DNA of 63,205 nt, counting the filler, from Bigelowiella natans CCMP2755 (taxonomy: Eukaryota; Protista; Cercozoa), in assembly GCA_000320545.1 (NCBI GenBank). It is 9 parts of 9 records of this genome, joined end to end, with 100 filler letters (N's around TTAATTAATTAA, not from the genome) between each part and the next. Parts side by side here need not be neighbours in the genome. Positions count along the whole stretch, not along the records: positions 5,636 to 20,463 come from ADNK01003438.1; positions 20,564 to 24,183 come from ADNK01003646.1; positions 24,284 to 46,947 come from ADNK01001789.1; 6 more parts are not named here. One strand, written 5' to 3'. The notes under the pieces are model-generated. The model searched no databases. It had not been told where the DNA came from and saw only the letters and a list, made by a program, of their open reading frames with translations. The position numbers and the translations under genes were made by a program. Positions 12,951 through 25,867 of this stretch are shown here, piece after piece. Numbering within the stretch: position 1 is the first letter of the stretch; every line of letters starts with the position of its first letter.

Positions 12951-14533
12951 GTAGGTTCCAGCTCTGGCAACAATTGATGACGGAAAAGTGTTGAAAATCA
13001 TCTTAGAGGAATTGACGAAATCAGGGTGATGATGACACGATGAGTATGATGATGATGGTGGTGGTCATGATTATGATCATGATGATGATGATGGTGATGG
13101 TGGTGGTAATGATGATGATGATGATGATGGTGGTGATGGTGGTGGTGGTAATGATTATGATCATCATGATGATGATGGTGGTGGTGGTCATGATTATGAT
13201 TATGATCATGATGGTGGTGACTGAGATGTGATGCTTTTTCTGGTATATGTTGCCTTCATTAATGCTATTGTTGATGATGATGTTGCATATAAATCTTAAA
13301 ATCATTTATCTATATTTCTGTCTCTATCATCCTCATCAAGATATATTTGTGAGTACAAAGTACTTCGCTCTCATGCATACGTTCCTCAAGTAAGTACTAG
13401 TAGTGGTAGTAGTAGTAGTAGTAGTAGTATTCATTGTCGTTGTTAATAAGTAACAGTGATAATATCACAAAGCTCTTGTTGTTGTTGTCGCGTGGTAGTA
13501 GTAGTAATCTATATATGCAAAAGGCAGAAGCTACAATCTCTAATCATCTTCATCATCATCATCATCTTCTTCTTCTTCTTCTTCTTCTTCTTCCTGTCTG
13601 AGAATTCCTCTTTTTTCCCATTGTTCTCTTACGTTTGCAAACAACTAACTTTACTGAATTGTGCAGTATGTATGTCGTAATCCCTGTTACTTTATCCTCA
13701 TGAGATATAAAAATATAAAAGTAAAACGATGATAATTGGTAATGTTTGTGGATATGATGATCATCAGTCTTTTCTATGTTGGTACTATTACTACTACTAT
13801 TATTACTATTATTACTATTTACTACTACTACTGCTGCTCTCAGAAAAGAAGACGCATTTACTTTGTCGGTATCCGAAAAGACCTAGTCGATGATACTACT
13901 ACTACTACTACTGCTGCTGCTGCTTCTCCCCCCTCTCTGCAATTTGATTGGCCCGAAGAATTGCTTTTAGCATCTGAAGGCGGAATGTAAGTAAATAATA
14001 GCATTAGTAGTAGCTCTAAGACCTTATCATGATAGTTCTGATTACATACTACAATCTATTTTCTTGCTGGTAGGCACGCAACTGATCCAAGAGCCAACTT
14101 TCCCCCTGTCAGAGAGGTGCTTGTGTATTCTCATTCTTATTCTTCGTTTTTTCCTTCTTCTTCTTTTCCATTATCATCATTATCATCATCATTATCATCA
14201 GCGATATAGTAGTAGTAGTTAGTAGTAGCAGTGGTAGTAATAGTAGTAGGAAAGACACTTTCTTATGATGACATAATTGTCATTATCTTACAGTGACAGC
14301 TTCTATTTCTACTACCACTGTTACTTATTCTTATTTTACTTTACTTACTCACCACAAGATCCTGGAATGTGATGTGGATGAATCATATTGGCTTCTGCAG
14401 TCTCAGTGGGTAGGAAGAGGAGGAGGGGGAGATCAGAGAGAAAACGACATTTTTTAATTTAAGATCGTCGTAGTTATCCAAAGATAAATTATGCAGATTT
14501 TGCATTTCTAACAACAGGTGATGTTCATGATGA

Positions 14534-14565
<32 letters not shown>

Positions 14566-14841
14566 CTGTTGATGACGATAACGAAGATGATGATGATGAT
14601 GAGTCGGCCTATCATAGGAAGCAATTGTTGAAAAGGAGAGGAAAAGGGGGGGGGGAAGATGCTGTCTCACAGAGGTCACAAATGCTGCTAGTATCAATTA
14701 CATAAGCAAGTAATAGTAGATGTAGCAGAGGTGGTAGGAGAAATAATTGTTTTAATACGTATGAAGAATGAAGAAAGTTTGATGAATACAATCACAACGA
14801 CACAACAACAGTAGTTCATGTTAAATATCATTATTGTTGAA

Positions 14842-14874
<33 letters not shown>

Positions 14875-14929
14875 GTTATTATTGTATCGAGAGTAGTCAG
14901 ATTGTTATCATTGGATTAGTAATACATGT

Positions 14930-14961
<32 letters not shown>

Positions 14962-16178
14962 TATCATCCTTTACTAACACGCTATCTATATATCTATATC
15001 TCTTAGAATCGTAGATCCCAACTCACAGGTTACTTCTTGTGTGTTGATAACATTAGTTTAAAGGGAGGGAGGAGGGGGGAAGAGGAGAAGGAAAGAATCA
15101 GTACATCATACACAGATGATAAGGATGATGATGACCTCTGATATTATCATTATTCAGGCTCGCACTGTGATATCTTCCTATAAACGTTCACACGAAACGT
15201 GCGTGAGTAGTTGAAACTATAGTAGTAGTAGTGTGGGGCGGTGGATGATGCACTATTGTAAAAGTAGTAGTAGTAGTAGTTGTTGTTGTTGTTGTTATTG
15301 TTGTTTTCGTTTAATTGTATTTTATTTATTAGTAGATATTGATCGTGTTAGTAGTGTTATGTTAGTAGTTGGAAGAAGCAGTTGTATAACAAATAACATC
15401 GAGAAGGTGCTGCTGCTACTGGTGGTGGAGGAGGAGGAGGGGGGGGGGCATTACGCCTCATTACACGTATATAGTTGGTTATTTTTTTGCAAACCACGAA
15501 ATAAAACAATCTATGAGCCCCTTCTTATCCTCCTCATCCTCAAATATGATTTTATCATAATCATGTTTCAGGCAAAGCCAGTACGTTCCTTCTTCATTTT
15601 CTAATAAGAGAATACGACAAAGAAGACAACAACCGAGTGATGATGAGAGCAGCAGCAGTAGTATTTCGTCAGTGGCTTCATCATTGCCATCCTTATCCCC
15701 ACTGCTCTTACCACCTGCGCCTCGATTCTTCACTGAGCGCGAAATTGCTCGTTTGCAAGGTGGTAACGTTGTCTGGTTTGTAGTACCTTGTTGGCATATA
15801 TTATATGTTGTTTAATGGTGGTAGTAGTAATATAATACATAGTACTAGTAGAAAGAGTAGTAATGGGATCATGGGAATGTTATCTGCTGTTGGCGGTGTC
15901 TGTCTTCTTCATCAACTTTAATGAATCACAATTGTCAATAATACCGTTTGCCCCACCCCCAATCGATCTTCGTCTTTTTCCTTCTGTCTTTGTTTAATGT
16001 CCCGCCATTACATTACTTGCATGATGGATTAGGATTTCCAGATAATTTTCGTCTACTGGATGCTTGTTCTTCGCCGAAGAGACTATATCATCAATTAGGG
16101 AATGCAGTTTGTCCCCCTGTGGTAAGGGCAATTGCTGAACGTCTTCTACGGCGTGTTGACATACATGTTAAGAAGTAA
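11112..16178 (+). CDS. C5 cytosine DNA methyltransferase, bacterial Dcm/HhaI-like, with spliceosomal introns
   Basis: Motif I ELFAGIGGFR (11112-11165), VALDDLGGQCV, motif IV DFLSAGFPCQAF (12192-12351), motif VI FLLEN|VP, motif VIII VPQ|KRRRIYFVG, motif IX RFFTEREIARLQG|FP and motif X YHQLGNAVCPPV; stop at 16178. The motif II exon was not found and exon 12636-12685 is 1 nt short. Confidence 0.92.
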
Positions 16179-16224
16179 CACGATGTATGATGCGATGCGA
16201 TAAGATACCAATTTTTCCACCATG

Positions 16225-16256
<32 letters not shown>

Positions 16257-17175
16257 TTACTATGCCTTGTTACGAATGATCATGTACAATTATCAGGGAC
16301 TGCGTATGTACAGTAGTAGTCGAATCATGATGCGAACATGTTATTATGCATTGCGTTTATAACCTTTGCGCCACACTTAGATGTGTAAATTACGCGCGGT
16401 GGCACGTACGATGTGGAGTCCTACATCAGTAGCTTTGTTCGCATTGTCTACTTGATACTTGCATATGAGTCTGAAAAAAACAAATTGCTAGCTAATAAGC
16501 GATTTATTGTGTCGATCATCATGCTAATAAATGCATGATCGAGCAGGGTAGTCTAGCAGTACTAGAGCGCCACCTTTCTAACTTGCCACGACTCTATGTG
16601 CGCCACCATCTATGTGCTTATTCCGCTACATCTAAATAGTACAACTTGCTATGTTGTTTCTACTTATCTAATTATGAATACATGAAATACTTTGTGCACA
16701 CATATTTGTGAAGCCGCCCTCACTAGCTCATGCAAGCACCTTCCGTACAAAGAAGCATAGCACATCTCTTCAAATATCTAGATATCTGATGTACGTATGT
16801 ACGTACATAGCTAACGCCATCCGCATCATTCGTACCATGCTATGTGCTGATGTAGTAGCAGCTGATTTCAAATGTAACGATCCATGTCAGCAATAACGAG
16901 TACGTCGTTTATAAATACCAGGTTATAATTGATGAACCTAGTATATATGTGTACATGCAACGGCATCAATCTGCTTCTAACTACTATAAACTCTGCACTC
17001 GCTGATGTAACAATGGCTATCGCTCAAAATCAACTGCGTTCGCCGGAGAAAACCATCAATGTGGCTACTTGCGCCGTGTCGCTCATTGACAATCAGAGAC
17101 TGCTTTGAATTAAACATTATCTCCAAAGGACATAAGCTGTAGTAGGATACTACTTTGAGCCTGCAAGATAACGTG

Positions 17176-18568
17176 CTAGAAGGAAGGGAGTGACGGCTTT
17201 GGCTTCATCAACTCTTGCGTCGCACGTGCAGCCATTGTAACCTCTGCAAGTCTCTAAATACAAAGTTTTTGGTATTACTATTGCTACTACTAGTACCTTT
17301 TTGGAGTTGTGTGATTGTGTGTGTGTGTGTGTGTGTGTGTATTACACATATTTAATTATGCACTTGTGCTTTGCCCGCATGTGTGTGATTGTATTGCTCT
17401 TCTCTCACTTTGAGATCACTGTAATGATGAAACGTACATATATTATACTAATACTACCTTCTGGCAATCTGATAGACCAACTCTCATGCTATCTTCCGTC
17501 ATAACCAACGTTTTCTAAATAATGCAACATATAGTTGATGATCACACACACACACACACACACACGCACGCACGCACACACACACACGCACAAAGTTAGA
17601 AACAATAAAAGAACAAACATTACCAATGATGCGCCAACTTTTGCTCCGATTAAACTTTGCGCGTTCTCAAGTTTTCTCAAGAGAACATAGGACGATATTC
17701 TCTCAAGTTCTTTGTCTGAAGTACGCCGTTTAGGGTTGTTGCCAAGGGGGGGGGCATCATCATCTTGGTCATCGTCGTTTTCCTCATTTTCTAGTGTTTT
17801 TTTAACAGTAGTATCATCCATGACTGCAGTGCCAGCAGATACCAGCCGTTCTCCTTAACATAACAACGCACCACTTAAAACACATAAAAATAAAGAAAAA
17901 TGCATGAATATACGTACTGCTTGGCCGACGGTTCTTCTTGGTCAAAGCGTCAACATGATCCTCCTCCTCCTCCCTATCGTCTTCGTCGCCGTTTCGAATA
18001 CCACTGCCAACAGAAAGACCGTTCCCCCCCCCTCCTCCATCTTCTTCCTTTTCCTCATTAGTATCATTTGGAATTTCGATGACGTTTGGAGAGAGTCCAA
18101 GCTCATTCCGCAATGCGATGATTTCAGCAGCCTTGTTATTACCATCATCATTATTATTATCATTATTATTATTTGTTGTTGTTGTTGTTGTTCTTCTTCT
18201 TATTTTTGTTAGTCGTTTGTACATGGCAACCGCCTACCAATAAGAGACAGACAGAAGCATATGTAGTATGTTTATATATATAATATTTAAGATGTGTGTA
18301 CATACAACATATGATATGACCTGTTGTTTCAGGTCAGTCTTTTCAGCTGTAACTGTAACACGATGATTTGCTTGAAGGACTGCTAGATCGTTTATCACCT
18401 GCTCTAATGTTTTCCCCTTCATCTTTAATCTAAATTGTGCATAAAGGAATAATGAAGAAGGAAAGCAACCAGACCAAGAAGAATAATCAGAATTAGAATA
18501 CATATAATATATATAAATATTGTGTTGTTAAAGAAAAATGCAGCGGATACTATAACAGACAAAAAGAT

Positions 18569-18606
<38 letters not shown>

Positions 18607-19285
18607 AGTTGTTACTCACCTCTCTTCAAGCTCAGATTGTACTGCATGCATTGCTGCCTATTTAATATTAACAGTAATAATAATAAAAATGAGAAGAAAT
18701 TGAGAAAAAAGAATTCTTCAAACAACCTCAATAAGTACATGTTAGTAGTAGTAGTTAGTGATTTATTAAAAATACAAGCATTGCTCATTATTCCAGGAGG
18801 TGATGATGATGATGATGATGGTGGTGGTGACGACGACAATGACGAACTTGAAAGTTAGTGCACATAAAAAGCGTGTTAATTGTCTTATATCTTATTCGTT
18901 TATCTTCTTCTTCTTCTTCTTCTTCTTTTGGTGTTAGTTGGTAGCAATGCAACTGTTCTTTTACTACTAGTAAAGTGTACTCAAGTTCTTTCTTACTGAC
19001 CAAGCTTATTCCTAGTTCTCTTCTTCTCTTGTTGTAAACGGTTCAAAGTTAACTGCAAGGCTGCATGTTTAGATGCTGTTATTGGTCCTGGGCCGAGAGC
19101 TAGTGCCTAAAGACAGCAGCAGCAGCAGCAAAAGTATTAGTGACACAGCTGCTACTACTTGAGAACAACAAGTAAATGATGTCGATGATGATGATTCATC
19201 CAACTCTTTCTTCTCCACACAGATCGATCAGTGAATGGTAATAATTATGTGTCTGAAGTACATCGATTTCAAACGCGACCACTTA

Positions 19286-19324
<39 letters not shown>

Positions 19325-19663
19325 TTGATCATTATAGCACACAACCATTTTCACAATACATGTATTTTGAAAAGAAATATTGGGCTATAAACTCTCTCTC
19401 TCTCTCTCTCTTTTCCCCCATTTTCCTCTTGTGCTTAACAAACCTCTTTTTCAAATTTTTGGAGTCGATTCCCCAATTCTACCCCCTTCCTCCTCTCCTG
19501 GACAACATCAACAGTAGTAATGATGATGATGATGTGATGATGATGATGATGCGATGATGATGATGATGATGATGACAGTGATGATCACAACCACCAATTA
19601 ATAGAGATATATGATGTATTATCATGTACATGTACTTCATTAGAATTGTAGAGTTTACTACTG

Positions 19664-19696
<33 letters not shown>

Positions 19697-19819
19697 GTAC
19701 CTCTTCCACTCTCTTTTGCAACACTTTACAGTCCTCAGTAGCTTCACCATGGCCCCTGCGGAGCTCTTGCGCCTTTCATTCAAAGCAATCATAGTTTGAC
19801 AACGGTTCGTTTGTATATG

Positions 19820-19851
<32 letters not shown>

Positions 19852-20265
19852 GAGGCCAATCAGTAATAACTTAACTACTTTGATACTTAACTACTTTGAT
19901 AGTGATAATGATAACAATAAAAAATACGATGAAGATGAATAACCGTATTGCGAAAGTAGCTTTGCTCACTCTGTAGTTTTTCTTCAAGCTCCTACATAAT
20001 TGATGATGAAGAATACTTATTATTATTATATAGATACTAATCACATCGACCAATTTACCCCCTATTATTACTACTACTACTACTACTACTACTACTACCA
20101 CTTGAAAACAAATAGTATTCTGCTACGACTATGTAGTATAAGAAGTTACACTGTTTACAAGAATTCTGATGAGATGTACTCCTTCTAGGATTTGCACATT
20201 AGCACATTAGCACATCAGCACACCGTTATCTTTCTGAGAATAGTATCCGTTTTCCTGATCATCGA
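17176..20265 (-). CDS. Multi-exon coiled-coil protein (5' end uncertain)
   Basis: GT-AG exons encode heptad-like helices (LQLTLNRLQQEKKRTRNKL, KTLEQVINDLAVLQANHRVTVTAEKTDLKQQ, EIIALRNELG). Last exon RLAEVTMAARATQELMKPKPSLPSF* ends at 17176. Confidence 0.55.
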
Positions 20266-20304
20266 GCCACACACACACACACAACACACACACAACACAC
20301 ACAC

Positions 20305-20341
<37 letters not shown>

Positions 20342-20939
20342 CACACACAACACACCTATACACACACACACACGCACGATGGAGGCAAATCATAGGCCCT
20401 TGCTCACAAACTTGGCTCTTGCTCCAAGGCATGCAGGTCCGACGTGGCCCTTGGAAGAGGACCNNNNNNNNNNNNNNNNNNNNNNNNNNNNNNNNNNNNN
20501 NNNNNNNTTAATTAATTAANNNNNNNNNNNNNNNNNNNNNNNNNNNNNNNNNNNNNNNNNNNNCGTGTGCGTTACTTCACATACAATATTTGGATTTACC
20601 AGGCAAACGTGGCCTCAAGGGCTACATAGAGTTCGAGAGTGTATGTCTGATATAACTTTGAATTGAGTGACACTGAATGAGCATGCTGTGTAGTAGTGCT
20701 CGTAGCAGTAGTAGCAATTATTGTTGGAGTGGTACACCATGATTCAAGTCGAGACATTCATCAAATATCTGTGGTTGTCAGATGCGTGATCCCATGAAAT
20801 GGACACTGGATTACAAGCGATTAATGTGCAACTATGAAGTTGGGCTCCTTGCAACCAGTGAAGGACCCGTTGATGTGATAGGGAAGTGTCTACCAGAGAG
20901 GTGTCGTAAGCATTGGATCGAACTGGGAAGCAACCCATA

Positions 20940-22474
20940 GAGACGGACTGAAGTCTCTATGCGTGCACATGGTTCTAGCACATGTGGACGTGTCAATCAT
21001 TTCGCTAAAATTGGGGTTCGTGTGCAGCACAAATCAACAAATGTTGCGAACCGGTGCTCAAGGGGCACACTAAACTTCGCACACACCCGTGCGATACGAG
21101 TTGTCGCGTCTCCACGTGTGCTGCAATCATTTGCACCCACTAGCGTCGCCCACGCTTGACATGCGCGATCCCAATCGGGCTGTGCAATTTGGCAATGGCA
21201 ACCATGACATTGCTCCTCTGCTGAGACGCTCAATCCTTTGCTTGGCTCAGATGTCGCTGTCGCAGGACACAAGTGGTCGCGGGCGTGAGCCTGCGGCAAT
21301 GAACATGCACATGGAAGTTCTTCGAATTTTTTGGAAGCTTCTCCGCCGGTGCACAATCAACGTGTGCATGCATGTGACTGACTTAAAGTTGAAAATCATG
21401 ACACAATTCAAACGGACAAGTGATCTTTCGCGCGCATCATCGCGCACATTGCAAATTGGCTTCCACTCCTGGAATTTTTTTCACCCCCAGGAACCTCTGA
21501 CCCAACTAGCTAGCTAGCCAACACCACATGACGTCCATTGACGCTGCCATCAAGGCTGCAGTGGCTTTCACAAAAGCACCCACTGACAGCAAACAGTGCA
21601 GACGGCGCTTCGCGCCGTGAAGCCGAATCCGATCTTGCATTGACGAACTCTTTCGCCAAGGAATTGAGACTGCCACACCACTGCTGGACTGATGCGCGCG
21701 TGTTTCGCGCTTTCAGGTTGATGGTGGTGGAGGCCATCTAGCCATCTCCAAGCTAGCGAGGGACACACAACCAGACAACCCCGTCAGGCCAGTGTCAGTG
21801 CAACTGACGTGCAGCTCACTTGCATTGGCGCACCCTTTTCGCCACGGACAACGGCAATGACCCCCCAGCAAGCGAAGATGACGGACGATGACGATGAGAC
21901 CACATCGGACGTCAATGACGACAAAAAGTCCCCGCACCTTCCACCTGAAGTCAAAGTTGAACCCACAAACAACGCCAGGACGTCAACAAAGTCAATGTTG
22001 CTCTCCCGAAGTTCAATGACACGCGAGGTGAGTGCACTCGTTGATGGAAAAAGGTCAGGAAAACTTTGGAGAGAACCTGCCCCGACTTCGATGTGAAGGA
22101 AAAGAATCAGTGGTCTTCTGTCATCCGGAGTTGCCTTGAAGGTCATCGCTCTGGGTGCGAGAGACTCGAACAACGAGAGGATCGCGAACCCAAGTCACCC
22201 GGCACAACGGATGAGGTTGACACACACCAGCTTGTGGACAAGTTCGCCAAACCTTGCGATCCTTCAGGAGTGGCGTGCTCTTTCGCAGAACGACCAGGTG
22301 AGTTCGTTGACGCATTCCACCTGCGCGCAACCCATGAACGATGCACGCATTGTGCTGTGAAAAACTCAATGCAAGATGGATGAATGAATGAATGAATGAA
22401 GCAGTTCCACGGGAGCAGTTGAAAGAATCATGGGTCACGCTGACTCATCCATGTGATCCATGACCTCCTCAACT
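20940..22474 (+). mobile_element. Hypermutated relic of a related gypsy-like LTR element
   Basis: LTR-end-like TTGCA + AAT + PBS TGGCTTCCAC at 21457, followed by a gag pseudogene homologous to the intact gag. Almost devoid of TpA. Left boundary approximate. Confidence 0.75.
21988..22327 (+). pseudogene. gag: gag pseudogene (divergent paralog of the intact gag)
   Basis: VALPKFNDTRGECTR*WKKVRKTLERTCPDFDVKEKNQWSSVIRSCLEGHRSGCERLEQRE aligns without gaps to the intact VMITKYNGKRGEARRWWKNARSILCDFTPNPTENDKLKWLAIIKQAMDLYETGRTRIRQLE. ERPGEFVDAFHLR matches QHEREPVRDFATR. In-frame TGA at 22042. Confidence 0.8.
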
Positions 22475-24183
22475 TGTAGCGCGTACCACTACGCGGGCAC
22501 AAGTCACGTGCGACAACAAAGGGGTTGTCGCGGATATAGAATATAGATAACGTAGATATTAATACAGCATAGGCACGTGGGTTCCGGCGGGACTCATGGC
22601 AGCACACCGGAAGTGTGCTGCCCCACGTGCGGCGGCATTCGCGAAAGCTTCGCGAATGATTACGCAGTGCACGATTTAATAAAAATATAATCTTTAATAA
22701 AAATAAACACAACTCTTCAAAAGGAAGCAAACGTGCCTTTCCCCCCCCCTGCCTACTTGTGCACGTAGCGCCTCGGCCTGTGAACACCTTACGCGCAACA
22801 ACCTTTGGCTTCCACACACGGGAAACGATTTGACTAACAATGTCACAGCAGCTAGAAGAACAGCAGGACTTTGGCTCGCAGGCCGTGCAAGGGCACGAGC
22901 AGAAACAGGAAAGGAAGGGCGATACGGACGCTAAGGAAGGAGGAGGAACACCTCCACAGGCACCGCCGGGACCAGCACCCGGGATTAAGAAAGCAGATGC
23001 AGCAGCAGAGGCACTGGAGAACTTCTACGAGGCGGACGACGAGGACGTGGCCGCCGAAAGCAAGAAGGTCGTAATGGCATTACGAGCCTTGCGACCCAGG
23101 GCGAGCAACTACGCCAAACTGAAAGTATCGATAGAATACAAGTATCAGACACATGATGTTTGGGCAGCTATCATGCAGGACATCATGGATTACGAAGCAG
23201 ACTTACCTCCAGAGTGGGCAGCTTTGTTTAGGAACGACGGGGGTCTGGGCGCCTCGCGGGGGACGACCCAGAGCACCGTCAAGCAGCAGCAGCCGGTACA
23301 GCGGAACACCCAGTTCATGTCTGTTAAAACAGCACCGGTTATGATAACGAAATACAACGGGAAAAGAGGTGAGGCAAGGAGGTGGTGGAAGAACGCTAGG
23401 AGTATACTCTGCGACTTTACCCCTAACCCCACCGAAAACGACAAGCTCAAATGGCTAGCTATAATAAAGCAAGCCATGGACCTTTACGAGACAGGCAGGA
23501 CCCGGATCAGGCAGCTAGAGAAAATACACACTACAGTTAGTGGGCTACGAGACGTTGAGGCGATAATGAAGGCTTTTGTAAATGAACAGGATGCTAACTC
23601 CCTACCCCAGGCTATTAGAAAATACAGAGCAATGATGCAGCATGAGAGAGAACCTGTTAGAGACTTTGCCACGCGCTTCCAGGATATGATCGACGAACTA
23701 CATGATTTTAATTACAACACAGGTGATGATCAGGCAAGGTTTGAAGAGTTCAAGTTAAAGATAAAGGAATCCACTTACGTTACGGAGAAAGGCTACACCA
23801 CGATGGAGGCAGCAGTGCAGGCTATATCCCTACGCGAGCAGGAGCAGGACCGCAAGTTTACCAGCCCTAAGGTACCTGGCATAGGAAACATTAACGCTAT
23901 TAAGCCGCAGCGAGACTGGTACAAGGACAGGGAAGGTAACCGACGTTGCGGATACTGCTCACGTAAAGGGAAACACACCGCTAAAGACTGCAGAGACAGG
24001 AAAGAAGGACGACCCAGGATGACGATCAGGCAGCTCAACGAACACTACGAGAAGTTAAAGAGAAAGAAAGGCAGAGGACAAGGATATAACAACAGCAAAT
24101 GGCAAGGCAGCAACAACGGGAAGAACAATAAATATAAGAACAAAAAGCAGAACAGTATCAATGCTATACAGCAGCAGATAAAC
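22475..24183 (+). mobile_element. Ty3/gypsy-like LTR retrotransposon, copy 2 (LTR 22475-22800, PBS 22806-22822, gag), truncated by contig end
   Basis: Same LTR, PBS and gag as copy 1 at an offset of 18370. Flank is CAACT|TG versus GTGCA|TG in copy 1. Confidence 0.92.
22840..24183 (+). CDS. gag: Gag with capsid region and zinc knuckle, open into the gap
   Basis: Intact intronless ORF with CGYCSRKGKHTAKDC knuckle and a basic Asn/Lys-rich tail. Confidence 0.9.
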
Positions 24184-24283
24184 NNNNNNNNNNNNNNNNN
24201 NNNNNNNNNNNNNNNNNNNNNNNNNNNTTAATTAATTAANNNNNNNNNNNNNNNNNNNNNNNNNNNNNNNNNNNNNNNNNNNN

Positions 24284-25826
24284 GGGAATTTCCCCACTAG
24301 GAAAACTAATAGACAGATTCACCCTTATTCGTTGATTTTAGAGCGGAATATTCCAATCTTACCCTAAGGATAAACAGCATCTTTATCGACATTCCGTATA
24401 GGACGAGACCCCCAAACGTAGTTGTTTCATTGTCATCCTCCTCTCCCCATCATTATCGTTATCAGGGGCACGTAAATCCCCCCCCCCCCCACCTGCTGGT
24501 CTCTAATGCCGAGGTTGGCTGGAATCCCTGGTGCCGTCATAAACCCGAAAGGCCCGAGTCGGTACCTGTGTATTTGGCGAATATGAATGCATGCAGTGCA
24601 TGTGTGTGTGTGAGTATGCGCGCGCGCGCGCGCGGTGTTGAATTATCTGCGCTACGGGCTACAACTGCTGCGAAAACAACTATCGGTGCCTACTCGAAGG
24701 TAACAGCTATAAGTCCATGCTCAGCGTAGTGCCGAGAATCGTAAATCGGGTCTGCATGGGCATGCGGGGGAAGGGGGGAGGAGAGCGAGAACGTTTGTTA
24801 TAGCACGCATTCATTCCGACAGGGGTTGTGTTTAATCTGATGGGTGTGTGGGAGATAATGACGATCGTCGGAATGGCGAAGTGAAGGGGTGATGATGATG
24901 TTTGCTCCTCATGGACATTGACTACACGATGATGATGATGATGATGATGATGACGATGACGATGATGATACAGACCAGAAGCTGTGCCACTTTGGAAGCC
25001 TCCTCCATGTATATACACAACGACTGGGGCGCCATTCTTGGGAACCCTTTTCAAAGAAACAGCATTTAAATGCCTCAAAACTTGCTTTCGACAGATACGT
25101 TTTAATCCTCATAATTTCCGCATAGTTTTTTTCTTGCACAATAGCATGATGAGCACGCTGCTGTTATTAAATGTGCTAATCCTTGTCCTCGGGATGGGCA
25201 CGACTACACCACTTATCACCACCCATAGTATACGACACACAGGACATGACTTTTGGGTAAAAAGGGAATGAAGTGGGCTGGGAGAGGAGCATTGTATCGA
25301 ATCACCTGGCCGGAGCCCATATATTGATATGAAGACAATCCTCCGTGAAGCTTATATTAACCTGTATCAACCAACACATGATGCGCTTGGTAAGTTTATA
25401 GATAAGAACATATTGTTGTTTTTAGGAAATGTCTCCTAGGTTTTCTGCCCCCCCCGCCCCCCCCTCGATTTCTCATTCAAAGGCCCCTTATTGAATGGTC
25501 ACCACATGCTTAATGTGATGCCTTTTGCATTCTTCGTTGTTGATCGACCTTGCTTTTTGTTCTTCTGTGGTTCCCCCCCGCGCAACCGTCTCTACAGAAA
25601 TTATCACAAAAATGTTGTGTGCGCACCACGTGAGTACGTCTGCATCCACGTTGTCTGTGCACACGCATTCATACAATCAAAGTCTCCCCCCTCCCAATGA
25701 GACAGACGGGGATACGTGATTTGTTACCGACCTGAAATTCGTCGCGTTGAGGGTTTTCGGAGCTGGTAGAAGAGTGTATTAGATCAATACTTAAAATATC
25801 GTAGACTACGTGCATATGCATGCAAA

Positions 25827-25867
<41 letters not shown>

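Noticed and set aside
13021-13305. Poly-Met/Ile/His/Ser, YIYI and CVCV ORFs here and throughout the ORF track
   Set aside because: Translations of intronic microsatellites, not genes.
21510-22438. Dense overlapping ORFs in all frames (also 28142-29100 and 49318-50194) as overlapping genes
   Set aside because: Loss of TpA removes TAA and TAG stops on both strands, so long spurious ORFs are a by-product of the depletion.
20940-22474. CpG-methylation decay or classical RIP as the cause of the TG/CA excess
   Set aside because: CpG is plentiful in these tracts and TpA is lost rather than gained.
4105-22800. One giant LTR element carrying the methyltransferase between two LTRs
   Set aside because: Each LTR is followed by its own PBS and gag, so both are 5' LTRs, and two contig linkers lie between them.
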